This document shows, piece by piece, positions 25,336 through 34,471 of a stretch of 58,999 nt of DNA. Position 1 is the stretch's first letter. Each line of letters starts with the position of its first letter. This DNA comes from Myxococcales bacterium LLY-WYZ-16_1 (GTDB lineage Bacteria > Myxococcota > Kuafuiibacteriia > Kuafuiibacteriales > Kuafuiibacteriaceae), in NCBI GenBank assembly GCA_031800475.1, contig DAPKRQ010000278.1, positions 1-58,999 on the forward strand, given 5' to 3'. The notes under the pieces were generated by a model, which worked only from the letters and a program-made list of their open reading frames with translations, ran no database searches and had not been told where the DNA came from. The position numbers and the translations under genes were made by a program.

Positions 25336-26217
25336 ATGCCGGGCATGACGAATTTCACGAAATCCAACGGGAGCAGCCACGAGGCGGGCCAGACGGGCCT
25401 GGCGGATCGGGATGAGCTGCCTCCATTCGGGGGCCAGCTCAGGCAGCTGGCCCGGACCATCGAGACGGAGATCGTGCCCCGACTCATGTTGAGTCAGGCG
25501 AAGACGCCCGAGGCGCCCTGCGCGGAGGAATCTGCGCAATACGCCCCACCGGGCGCCGAAGAAGTCGCAGAGCTCGCTCGACTCACCATGCACCACGAGG
25601 TGTGCGCCACGCGCAGCTTCGTGGACGCCCTCCGACAACGGGGCGTGCCGGTGGACGCCATCTTCATGGACCTCGTGAGTCCGGCGGCACGCCTGCTCGG
25701 GCAGATGTGGGAGACCGACGAAGCCACCTTCGCCGACGTCACGATCGGTTTGTCGCGCCTGCACGTGCTGACTCGCGAGCTGGGTCGCCAATTCGTCGAC
25801 GACTTCGACATGGCGCTCGGCGCGCACCAAGCCGTCCTGGCTCACTGCCCCGGCGAGCAGCACACCCTGGGACTGTACATACTCGAAGCCTATTTCCGTC
25901 GGGCAGGCTGGGACGTGTGGGTGCTGCCTTCGTCCCGCGATAGAGATCTCATCCACGCGGTTTCACGGGACTGGTTGAGGATGCTCGGCCTTTCCATTGG
26001 AACGAGCGAAGGCATTCCAGCAGCGAAGAAGCTGATCGACTCGGTCCGAAGGGCATCACTCAACCCGGACTTGGTCGTCATGGTGGGAGGAGCGGCCGTC
26101 TTGGAACACCCCGAATGCGTCGAGCAGATTGGCGCCACCACTTGGGCGGCGAGCGCACGCGAAGCCACCGAATTCATGCAGCGGCACGTGGAAGCTTATG
26201 GGCCATCGGCTCGCTGA
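25336..26217 (+). CDS. ppaA: cobalamin-binding antirepressor AerR/PpaA
   Basis: IETEIVPRLML, PAARLLGQMWETD...FADVTIGL, PGEQHTLG (ExHxxG). Upstream of ppsR. Start uncertain (GGAGG before 25336). Confidence 0.9.
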   Translation: MPGMTNFTKSNGSSHEAGQTGLADRDELPPFGGQLRQLARTIETEIVPRLMLSQAKTPEAPCAEESAQYAPPGAEEVAELARLTMHHEVCATRSFVDALRQRGVPVDAIFMDLVSPAARLLGQMWETDEATFADVTIGLSRLHVLTRELGRQFVDDFDMALGAHQAVLAHCPGEQHTLGLYILEAYFRRAGWDVWVLPSSRDRDLIHAVSRDWLRMLGLSIGTSEGIPAAKKLIDSVRRASLNPDLVVMVGGAAVLEHPECVEQIGATTWAASAREATEFMQRHVEAYGPSAR

Positions 26218-26239
26218 AGCGGTCCTCCAGAGGCGCGAG

Positions 26240-27688
26240 ATGGACGGACTCGGTACCCGCGGCAAGTTGACTCCTTTCAAGGAGCCTGAGACCTACTTCG
26301 GTGAGGTCGATCCGCGGGTGTCGGCGGAAGCGATCGCTGCCACCGCCGACATCGCACTGATCGTCGATTCCGAGGGGATCATCCGCGACATGGCGGTGCG
26401 GGATTCGGATCAGGTACCCGTGTCTCCGCAGCACTGGCTGAATCGACCTTGGGTCGAGACCGTTGCCGAGGACAGTCGCTCCAAGGTCGAGCAGATGGTC
26501 GACCGGGAACAGGCCACCGCCGAGGGCTCCAAGCCGAGGGATCGGGAGGTCAACCATCGGACCCAGTCCGGCTCCGAAATCCCGGTCAGCTACACGGTCG
26601 TCCCGCTCGGCGTCGAAGACCACCTGCTGGCGGTCGGACGAGATCTGAAGCCGATCTCGCAGCTTCAGCAGCGATTGATCAGCGCCCAGCAGACCATGGA
26701 GCGGGATTACGCGCGGCTTCGGCATGCCGAAACGCGCTACCGTCTCTTGTTCAACTTGGCGTCCGAGGCGGTGCTGGTCGTGGATTCGGTGAGCCAGACC
26801 ATCATCGAAGCCAATCCGTCGGCTGGAAAGTTGGTCGGTACGTCTGCCAACCGTCTGATGGGTCAGTCCCTGGAGACGTTGTTCGAGTCTGCGAGCTGGG
26901 CCGAGGTGCAGTCGTCCCTGGCTTCGGTCCGTGTCGCTGGGCAGCAAGAGGGTTTGCGAGCCCAGATCCGCGAGTCTGGCGCTTGGGTGGAGCTTTCCGC
27001 GTCCTTGTTTCGCCAGCAGGGCGGGCCGCTGTTTTTGGTGCGCATGGTGCCCGTCGACCGAGCCGTCCCGCAAGAGGACGCCCGGGATCGGCAACTTCTC
27101 AAGGTGCTCGAGAGCCTTCCGGACGCCTTCGTGGTGATCGATCCCGACCATCGGATCCTGACCAGCAACACTTCGTTCTTGGACCTGGTGGAACTCGCCA
27201 CCGAAAACCAGATCCGGGGCGAACCGCTCAGCCAGTGGCTCGGGAGGCCCGGGGTCGACCTCAACATCTTGATGGCCAACCTGAAGGAGCACGGGGCGGT
27301 GCGAAACTTCGCCACCGTGGTTCGGGGTCAATACGGTGCGTCTTCCGAGGTGGAGGTATCTGGCGTGTCTGCCATGAACGGGGAGCAGCCCTGCTTCGGA
27401 TTCATGATCCGGCCGGTGACAACCCGATTCAACATCAGTGGGCCGAGCTCGCCCCTGCCGCGCTCGGTGGAGCAGCTCACCAACTTGGTGGGGCGTGTTC
27501 CACTCAAAGAAATCATTCGAGAGACGACCGACGTGATCGAGAGCCTGTGCATCGAAGCCGCGCTCGAGGTCAGTGGAGACAACCGGGCCTCTGCGGCCCA
27601 ACTGCTGGGTCTGAGCCGCCAAAGCCTATACGCCAAGCTTCGCAGGCACGGGCTCGGAGACTTGGATCCGAACGACCAGGGGACCTGA
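26240..27688 (+). CDS. ppsR: photopigment repressor PpsR (CrtJ)
   Basis: PAS domains, LQQRLISAQQTMERDY Q-linker, IESLCIEAALE..DNRASAAQLLGLSRQSLY HTH with the conserved Cys. Confidence 0.96.
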   Translation: MDGLGTRGKLTPFKEPETYFGEVDPRVSAEAIAATADIALIVDSEGIIRDMAVRDSDQVPVSPQHWLNRPWVETVAEDSRSKVEQMVDREQATAEGSKPRDREVNHRTQSGSEIPVSYTVVPLGVEDHLLAVGRDLKPISQLQQRLISAQQTMERDYARLRHAETRYRLLFNLASEAVLVVDSVSQTIIEANPSAGKLVGTSANRLMGQSLETLFESASWAEVQSSLASVRVAGQQEGLRAQIRESGAWVELSASLFRQQGGPLFLVRMVPVDRAVPQEDARDRQLLKVLESLPDAFVVIDPDHRILTSNTSFLDLVELATENQIRGEPLSQWLGRPGVDLNILMANLKEHGAVRNFATVVRGQYGASSEVEVSGVSAMNGEQPCFGFMIRPVTTRFNISGPSSPLPRSVEQLTNLVGRVPLKEIIRETTDVIESLCIEAALEVSGDNRASAAQLLGLSRQSLYAKLRRHGLGDLDPNDQGT

Positions 27689-28620
27689 TGAACGAATACG
27701 TGTTGAGGAGAGCTCCCGAGACGGAGCCAACCAAGGCCCGCACGTTCCCGGAACCGGGGGCAGTGCTCGAGCTTCTCAAGCCGATAACCTGGTTCGCGCC
27801 CATGTGGGCTCTGGGCTGTGGGGTCGTGTCCGCCGGCCGACCGATCCTCGAGCAGTGGGGGGTCATTCTGGCCGCGGTGCTGCTCGCCGGACCCTTGGTG
27901 TGCGGCACCAGCCAGGCGGTGAACGATTGGTTCGATCGAGACGTGGATGCGATCAACGAGCCCAATCGTCCGATCCCTTCGGGCCGGGTGCCCGGGCGCT
28001 GGGGGCTGTACGTGGCCATCCTCTGGAGCTTGGCCTCCCTCGCCCTGGCTGCGGTCCTGGGCGTTTGGATCTTGGCCGCCGCCGTCTTGGGTTTGGCGTT
28101 GGCCTGGGCCTACAGCATGCCTCCCTTTCGGCTCAAAAAGAACGGCTGGTGGGGGAATCTGGCCGTTGCGGTCTGCTACGAGGGCCTTCCGTGGTTCACC
28201 GGCGCCGGGGTCATGGCCATGGGGTTGCCGGACGGACGGATCATCGCGTTGGCAGCGCTGTACAGCGCCGGCGCCCACGGCATCATGGTCCTGAACGACT
28301 TCAAGGCCGTCGAAGGCGACATCGAGATGGGAGTCCGATCTCTTCCGGTTCAGCTCGGCGTGGCCCGGGCCGCCCGGGTCGCCTGCGCGATCATGGCGGT
28401 GCCGCAGATGGTGGTGATCGGGCTTCTCTTCGCCTGGGGCCAGCCCTTCTTCGGCGCGCTGATCGCCGGGTCTTTGACCATTCAAGGGATCCTGATGACC
28501 CTTTTGGTCGACGACCCGAAGGGGCGGGCCGCTTGGTACAACGCCACCGGCACCACCCTGTACGTCCTCGGCATGCTGGCCAGCGCCTTCGCGGTGCGGC
28601 CGCTCGTGGGAGGGATGTGA
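27688..28620 (+). CDS. bchG: bacteriochlorophyll synthase
   Basis: LLKPITWFAPMWA, SQAVNDWFDRDVDAINEPNRPIPSGR, AHGIMVLNDFK. Confidence 0.97.
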   Translation: MNEYVLRRAPETEPTKARTFPEPGAVLELLKPITWFAPMWALGCGVVSAGRPILEQWGVILAAVLLAGPLVCGTSQAVNDWFDRDVDAINEPNRPIPSGRVPGRWGLYVAILWSLASLALAAVLGVWILAAAVLGLALAWAYSMPPFRLKKNGWWGNLAVAVCYEGLPWFTGAGVMAMGLPDGRIIALAALYSAGAHGIMVLNDFKAVEGDIEMGVRSLPVQLGVARAARVACAIMAVPQMVVIGLLFAWGQPFFGALIAGSLTIQGILMTLLVDDPKGRAAWYNATGTTLYVLGMLASAFAVRPLVGGM

Positions 28621-28623
28621 GTC

Positions 28624-29967
28624 ATGTTCGGTCTCGTCGGCATCATTCGCCTCGGCCTGGTTCAGATGTCTTTGGGGGCCATCGTGGTCCTGACCACGTC
28701 GACCCTGAACCGCGTGATGATGGTCGAGCTCGCCCTCCCGGCCATGCTTCCCGGTTCCTTGGTGGGGCTGCATTACGCGGTGCAGATCCTGCGTCCTCGG
28801 TTCGGGCACGGTTCCGACGTGGGCGGGCGCAGGACGCCGTGGATCGTGGGGGGCATGGGGCTGTTCGCGCTGGCGGCGATCTTGGCCGCGGTGAGCGTCG
28901 GCGTGATGGAGACCCAGCTGTGGGCGGGCGTGGCTCTGGCGGTCCTCGCCTTCTTCGGGATCGGCGTGGGGGTCGGCATCGCGGGCACAGCGGTCCTCGC
29001 CCTGCTCGCGGCGAAGGTCCCCGAACACCGAAAGGGCGCCGCCGCGTCGATCGTCTGGATCATGATGATCATGGGGATCGTGATCAGCGCCGGAACGGCG
29101 GGCAGCTTTCTCGACCCCTTTTCCATCGGCCGACTGATCGTGGTGACGTCGGCGGTGTCCGCGTCGGCCTTTGTTCTGACGTGCCTGGCCGTTTGGGGGA
29201 TCGAAAAGAATGCCGTCGTCGTGGGCGAGCGCGAAGCAACCGCCGTGAAGCCCGGTTTTCGAGAGGCGTTCGCCGGGGTCTGGCAAGACCCGAAGGCCCG
29301 GGCCTTCACCGTGTTCGTGTTCATCTCCATGCTCGCCTACGGCACGCAGGACCTGATCCTCGAGCCGTTCGCGGGCAAGGTCTTCGGATTGAGCCCCGGT
29401 GAGTCCACGAAGCTCGCGGCCGTCCAAAACGTGGGTGCGCTCCTGGGCATGATCGCCGTGATGTTGGCCGTGAGCGCCCGATCCCCATGGCTCGGTACGA
29501 CCCGATCGTGGACGGTTCTCGGCTGCCTGGGGTCCGGCGTCATGCTGGTGGGACTGTCCCTGGCGGCGTTCGTCGGCGATGCATCGTGGCCGCTGCGGCC
29601 CATGGTCTTCTTTTTGGGCCTCGGGTTCGGAACGTTCGCGGTCGGTGCCATCGGATGGATGATGAGCCTGGCCAGTGACGGGGGCGGGTCACGCGAAGGC
29701 ATTCGCATGGGCCTTTGGGGCGGCGCCCAAGCCGTGGGATCGGCCCTTGGACAATTTCTCGGAACCGTGGGGGTCGACACCGTTCGTTTCACGGGGGGCA
29801 ACGACGTGACCGCGTTCGGGCTGGTCTTCAGCGCCGAAGCGACCCTCTTCATCATCGCGGCGTTTCTCGCGGCTCGCTTGATGCGAAGCGAGCACGCAGC
29901 GCCCCGAGCAAAAACCATCGTATCGAGTCCGGCCGCGGTCGGAGCAACGGGAGGCAGTGCATCATGA
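28624..29967 (+). CDS. pucC: PucC-like BCD-family MFS transporter (bch2)
   Basis: RLGLVQMSLGAIVVLTTSTLNRVM.VEL, QDLILEPFAG, GIRMGLWGGAQ. Lies between bchG and bchP. Confidence 0.88.
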   Translation: MFGLVGIIRLGLVQMSLGAIVVLTTSTLNRVMMVELALPAMLPGSLVGLHYAVQILRPRFGHGSDVGGRRTPWIVGGMGLFALAAILAAVSVGVMETQLWAGVALAVLAFFGIGVGVGIAGTAVLALLAAKVPEHRKGAAASIVWIMMIMGIVISAGTAGSFLDPFSIGRLIVVTSAVSASAFVLTCLAVWGIEKNAVVVGEREATAVKPGFREAFAGVWQDPKARAFTVFVFISMLAYGTQDLILEPFAGKVFGLSPGESTKLAAVQNVGALLGMIAVMLAVSARSPWLGTTRSWTVLGCLGSGVMLVGLSLAAFVGDASWPLRPMVFFLGLGFGTFAVGAIGWMMSLASDGGGSREGIRMGLWGGAQAVGSALGQFLGTVGVDTVRFTGGNDVTAFGLVFSAEATLFIIAAFLAARLMRSEHAAPRAKTIVSSPAAVGATGGSAS

Positions 29968-31214
29968 CGGAGAACAAAGTGTACGACGCGGTCGTGGTCG
30001 GCGGTGGGCCGGCTGGGGCCACTGCAGCAAACGACTTGGCGCAGGCGGGGAGGAACGTGGTCCTGCTCGATCGAGCCGGACGCATCAAGCCCTGCGGCGG
30101 GGCCATCCCACCCCAGCTCATTCGGGAGTTCGACATTCCGATGTCGCTGTTGTGCGCCCAGATTGGCGCGGCCCGAATCATCTCGCCGAGCGACCGGCGC
30201 GTGAACATGCCGATCGAAGGAGGCTTCGTGGGCATGGTCAACCGCGAAACCTTCGACGAGTACCTGCGGGATCGGGCCGCCGAAAGCGGTGCGGAGCGAC
30301 GGACCGGGACCTTCTCGCACATCACCCGAGACAGCGACGGCCTGCCGGTCGTGCACTACAACGCCGGCAACAAGGACGGCGAGGCCCGTCAGGTGAAGGC
30401 GCGCCTGGTTGTCGGAGCCGACGGAGCTCGCTCCCAGGTCGCCAAGCAAGAGGTGCCGGGAGGAGACAAGGTCAAGTGCGTGTACGCGTACCACGAGATC
30501 GTCGACATTCCCGAAAACTCCGAGGGTCGTTTCGACTACGACGGCAAGCGCTGCGACGTGGTCTACAACGGAAGGATCTCGCCCGACTTCTACGGCTGGG
30601 TGTTTCCGCACGGCTCCACCGCCAGCGTCGGGACGGGGAGTGCCCAAAAGGGCTTCGGGTTGAAGGCTGCCGTCGAAGACCTTCGCAAGTCGACCGGCCT
30701 CGATCGGACCGAGACCGTTCGGCGGGAAGGCGCCCCGATCCCGATGCAGCCCCTCAAGCGCTGGGAAAACGGCAAAGACGTGATTTTGGCCGGGGATGCC
30801 GCCGGGGTGGTGGCGCCGTCCTCCGGCGAGGGCATCTACTACGCCATGACCTGCGGTCGGATCTCCGCCGAGGCGGGAGAAGCGTTTCTGGCCACGGGCA
30901 ACCCCCGTCAACTCAAGCGAGCGCGACGCAAGTTCATGTGGGCCCATGGGCAGGTGTTCTGGGTGCTCGGGATGATGCAGTGGTTTTGGTACACCACCGA
31001 CAAGCGCCGTGAGCGCTTCGTCAGCATCTGCGCCGACGAAGACGTGCAGAAGCTGACCTGGGAGGCGTACATGAACAAAAAGCTCGTTCGAGCCCGACCG
31101 GCGGCCCATGCCCGGATCTTCTTCAAGGACATGGCCCACATCCTCGGGCTGATCGACCCGACCACGGGTGCGCGGGACGCGAACAAGCCGAAGGAGCTGA
31201 GTCCCAGCAATTGA
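29964..31214 (+). CDS. bchP: geranylgeranyl reductase
   Basis: VVGGGPAG, RIKPCGGAIPP, SPDFYGWVFPH, SGEGIYYAM, TWEAYMNK. Confidence 0.97.
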   Translation: MTENKVYDAVVVGGGPAGATAANDLAQAGRNVVLLDRAGRIKPCGGAIPPQLIREFDIPMSLLCAQIGAARIISPSDRRVNMPIEGGFVGMVNRETFDEYLRDRAAESGAERRTGTFSHITRDSDGLPVVHYNAGNKDGEARQVKARLVVGADGARSQVAKQEVPGGDKVKCVYAYHEIVDIPENSEGRFDYDGKRCDVVYNGRISPDFYGWVFPHGSTASVGTGSAQKGFGLKAAVEDLRKSTGLDRTETVRREGAPIPMQPLKRWENGKDVILAGDAAGVVAPSSGEGIYYAMTCGRISAEAGEAFLATGNPRQLKRARRKFMWAHGQVFWVLGMMQWFWYTTDKRRERFVSICADEDVQKLTWEAYMNKKLVRARPAAHARIFFKDMAHILGLIDPTTGARDANKPKELSPSN

Positions 31215-31336
31215 CGGTAGGGTCCATTCGTCCGGATGTTCCTCCGCCTTCCGCCGCGTGCGGCGGGACCGGTGGCGGGGGGCCATCCGGGCGGGTGGCG
31301 TCGGGCCCGAGCCCGCGGTCCCGGAACCTTCCAATC

Positions 31337-31639
31337 GTGTCGGAATTCTTTGCGGAGCTCTATCGGTCCGGTCGGGTGGTCGACTTGGTCTTGGTGGTGC
31401 TCGCCACCGAGGGCGCCGTTCTCGTCGGCCTGCATCGTTGGCGGGGCGGACTGTCTCCCCTCGACGTCTTCGGGCACCTGTCTGCGGGCTTGTTCCTGCT
31501 GCTCGCCCTTCGAACGGCGCTCACCGACCTTCATTGGGGTTGGACCGGGCTCTTTTTGACGCTGTCGCTTCCCGCCCATTTGTTCGATCTGTTCCGCCGC
31601 TGGCGCGCCGCCGTCGCCCGTGCTCGGCCCGGGTCCTGA
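31337..31639 (+). CDS. small membrane protein of a type seen in purple-bacterial PGCs
   Basis: SGRVVDLVL..LATEG...HLSAGLFLLLALRTAL...AHLFDLFRRWR, three TM segments. Family recognised from memory only. Confidence 0.65.
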   Translation: MSEFFAELYRSGRVVDLVLVVLATEGAVLVGLHRWRGGLSPLDVFGHLSAGLFLLLALRTALTDLHWGWTGLFLTLSLPAHLFDLFRRWRAAVARARPGS

Positions 31640-31825
31640 GCGTGCTCGGGCCGGATCCCGAGCCGACCGGCCGCCCGATGGACCGGTTCGCGGGGCGGAT
31701 CGCCCCAGAGAAATCCCGCGCAAAGCAGATCGCAAAGCTGTCAGCCTGCCGGGGTTGTGATAACGCCCGGCCCGGGACGGGAGCCTCGGGCTCCCGGAGA
31801 TGGAAAGGATTCAGAGGAGACGACC

Positions 31826-32335
31826 ATGGAGAACAACGAGTCCAAAGACGTGACCCGGCGCCGCGCATTGCAGGTGATCGGCGTGGGCGTCCTGGTTCCG
31901 GCTGGTGCGCTCATCGGCTGCACCCAGGAAAGCGGGACGAAGGAGGCCAAGTCGGGGCACTCCGATTCGGACCCCGAGAAGTCGGCGGCCTCCAAGCCCA
32001 AGGAGGACGAAAAGAAGAAGCCCGAAGCTGCCGCGGACGGTGAAAAGACCTCAGGCGGCGAAATGGCCAAAAGCGGCGAGGCCAAAGGCGGCGAGGCCAA
32101 AGGCGAGGGCGGCGAGGTGGTCTGCGACACCAGCGGCATCGACGCCCAGTCCAAGCAGATGCGGAAGACCCTTCAGTACGTGTCGAAGAGCCCGAAAGAG
32201 GGCAAGCAGTGCAACAACTGCATGCAGTGGATCAAGCCGAAGGCCGGCGAGAAGTGCGGGGGATGCAAGCTGTTCAGCGGCCCGGTGAACCCGAACGGCT
32301 ACTGCCTCAGCTACGCGCCGATGAAGAAGGCGTGA
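31826..32335 (+). CDS. high-potential iron-sulfur protein (HiPIP), Tat-exported lipoprotein
   Basis: TRRRAL Tat motif, LIGC lipobox, charged linker, then LQYVSKS..GKQCNNC...GGCKLF.GPVNPNGYC. RBS GAGGAG. Confidence 0.9.
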   Translation: MENNESKDVTRRRALQVIGVGVLVPAGALIGCTQESGTKEAKSGHSDSDPEKSAASKPKEDEKKKPEAAADGEKTSGGEMAKSGEAKGGEAKGEGGEVVCDTSGIDAQSKQMRKTLQYVSKSPKEGKQCNNCMQWIKPKAGEKCGGCKLFSGPVNPNGYCLSYAPMKKA

Positions 32336-32350
32336 AGTAACTCGCCCTGG

Positions 32351-32383
32351 GGCGCGGGTCCGGCATTCGAACGGACCCGCGCC
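32351..32383 (+). terminator. hairpin after the HiPIP gene
   Basis: ggcgcgggtccg-9 nt-cggacccgcgcc, perfect 12-bp stem 15 bp after the stop. Confidence 0.55.
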
Positions 32384-32406
32384 GCCCCTTCTGTTAGACG
32401 CGGCCC

Positions 32407-33324
32407 ATGTCGGCTCCGGCCCCCAGTCTTCCCCCGGCGTTTCATGCCGAGCGGGCCACCCGCGATGGGCGGGCCCGCCGATTGAGTTTCTACGTAGACG
32501 GGAAGGGCCCGCCGATGCTGCTTTTGCACAGCATCAACGCCGCCGCTTCCGCCTACGAGATGCGGCCGATCTTCGAGCAGATGCGGAACCGGTTTCGGGT
32601 TTGGGCCGTGGACCTGCCGGGGTTTGGTTTTTCGGACCGTTCGAACCGCGACTACACGGTGCGCCTGTTCGTCGATGCCGTCCGCGACATGCTCGATGCC
32701 ATCGACGCCGAGCAGCCCGATGAGCCGGTGATCGGTGTGGGGCTGTCGCTGTCGTGCGAGTTTCTCGCCCGGGCTGCGGTCGAGGTTCCCGACCGGTTTC
32801 GGGCCCTCGTCTTGATCACCCCCACGGGCTTCAACGCCCGGTCCGACAGCTTGCGCAAGCCCGGCGCGACCCGGGAGGTGCCGGGCTTCATGCAGTTGTT
32901 CCACCATCCTCCCTGGGGCCGCCCGCTGTACGACCTGCTGACCAAGAAGGGGACGATCCGCTATTTTCTTCAGCGGACCTACGGCTCGAAGGACGTGCAC
33001 GAAGACATGGTCCAGTACGACCACCTGACCAGTCGCCAACCCGGCGCCCACCACGCACCCTGGGCCTTCTTGTCGGGACGCTTGTTCAGCAAGGACATCC
33101 GGAGCGTCTACGAGCAACTCGACCGTCCGGTGTGGTTGCCCCACGGAACCCGGGGAGACTTCAGCGACTTTCGCGGAGCCGAGTGGGCCCGACAGAGGCC
33201 CAATTGGAAGGTGGAGCCCTACGAAACCGGGGCCCTGCCGCACTGGGAGCGCCCGGGCGAATTCTTCGAGCGGTTCGATGCCTTCCTGTCGACGCTCCCG
33301 CCGACCCACTCGGGCTCGGAGTGA
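32407..33324 (+). CDS. alpha/beta-fold hydrolase
   Basis: PMLLLHSINAAAS, VDLPGFGFSDR, GLSLS elbow, GALPHWERP. Confidence 0.85.
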   Translation: MSAPAPSLPPAFHAERATRDGRARRLSFYVDGKGPPMLLLHSINAAASAYEMRPIFEQMRNRFRVWAVDLPGFGFSDRSNRDYTVRLFVDAVRDMLDAIDAEQPDEPVIGVGLSLSCEFLARAAVEVPDRFRALVLITPTGFNARSDSLRKPGATREVPGFMQLFHHPPWGRPLYDLLTKKGTIRYFLQRTYGSKDVHEDMVQYDHLTSRQPGAHHAPWAFLSGRLFSKDIRSVYEQLDRPVWLPHGTRGDFSDFRGAEWARQRPNWKVEPYETGALPHWERPGEFFERFDAFLSTLPPTHSGSE

Positions 33325-33381
33325 CCGGCTCCGTTGCCGGCCCCAGCCTTCGAGCTGCGAACGGTCTCTCGGCTTGACACC

Positions 33382-33399
33382 TGTCAGCTTCGCTTGACA
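33382..33399. promoter_or_regulatory. PpsR box upstream of bchI
   Basis: Perfect TGT-cagcttcgcttg-ACA. TTGACA hexamers at 33374 and 33394. Confidence 0.75.
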
Positions 33400-33442
33400 C
33401 TCACGGTTCGACCGGACCCGCCGGCACCGAAGGAACCGCAGA

Positions 33443-34471
33443 ATGCGCGCCGTTTTTCCGTTTTCCGCCATCGTCGGCCAGGACGAGATGAAACTGGCCA
33501 TCCGCATTGCCGCCGTCGACGCCTCCGTCGGCGGGGTCCTCGTGTTCGGGGATCGAGGGACTGGGAAATCCACCACAGTCCGGGCCTTGGCCGCATTGCT
33601 CCCGCCGATGGAAGAAGTGAGCGGGTGCCCATACCGCTGTGATCCCCACAAGGACCGAAGCCAATGCGTGGCGTCCTGCCCGATCATCGAGTCCCAAGGG
33701 AAGCGCGAGGGCCACCAGACCGCCGTGCCCGTGGTCGACCTGCCCCTCGGCGCCACCGAGGATCGGGTGGTGGGTGCCTTGGACCTGGAGCGCGCCCTGT
33801 CCCAGGGCGAAAGAGCCTTCGAGCCCGGCTTGTTGGCCCGGGCGCACCGAGGCTTTTTGTACATCGACGAGGTCAACCTCCTCGAAGACCACCTGGTCGA
33901 CCTGCTCCTCGACGTGGCGGCTTCGGGAGAGAACGTGGTGGAGCGCGAGGGCATCAGCATCCGGCATCCGGCCAAGTTCGTGCTGATCGGCTCCGGAAAC
34001 CCGGAAGAGGGCGAGCTTCGGCCCCAGCTGCTGGACCGGTTCGGGCTCTCGGTGGACGTGCGCACCCCCACCGAGCTCGCGACCCGCGTCGAGGTGATCA
34101 AGCGAAGAGATCGCTTCGAAAGAGACCCCGACGGTTTCGTCGATGATTGGCGGGCAGAGGATGCGGCCTTGCGCGAACAGATCCAGACCGCGAAGGGCCG
34201 GTTGTCGCAGATTCAAATCCCCGACAGCTTCCTGGAACGGGCCTCGACTCTGTGCATGGCGCTCGGCACGGACGGCCTTCGCGGCGAGCTCACCGTGATC
34301 CGGGCAGCCCGGGCCCTGGCCGCTCTGGAGGGAGACGGTGAGGTGGGTGACACCCATCTGAAGCAGGTGGCAGCGCCGGCTCTGCGCCATCGCCTGCGGC
34401 GCAACCCCCTGGACGAGTCGGACTCCACCACCCGAGTGGAGCGGGCAGTGGCCGAGGTGCTCGGTTCGTGA
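33443..34471 (+). CDS. bchI: magnesium chelatase subunit I
   Basis: FPFSAIVGQDEMK, GDRGTGKST, LPLGATEDRVVG, YIDEVNLL, NPEEGELRPQLLDRFG. Confidence 0.97.
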   Translation: MRAVFPFSAIVGQDEMKLAIRIAAVDASVGGVLVFGDRGTGKSTTVRALAALLPPMEEVSGCPYRCDPHKDRSQCVASCPIIESQGKREGHQTAVPVVDLPLGATEDRVVGALDLERALSQGERAFEPGLLARAHRGFLYIDEVNLLEDHLVDLLLDVAASGENVVEREGISIRHPAKFVLIGSGNPEEGELRPQLLDRFGLSVDVRTPTELATRVEVIKRRDRFERDPDGFVDDWRAEDAALREQIQTAKGRLSQIQIPDSFLERASTLCMALGTDGLRGELTVIRAARALAALEGDGEVGDTHLKQVAAPALRHRLRRNPLDESDSTTRVERAVAEVLGS

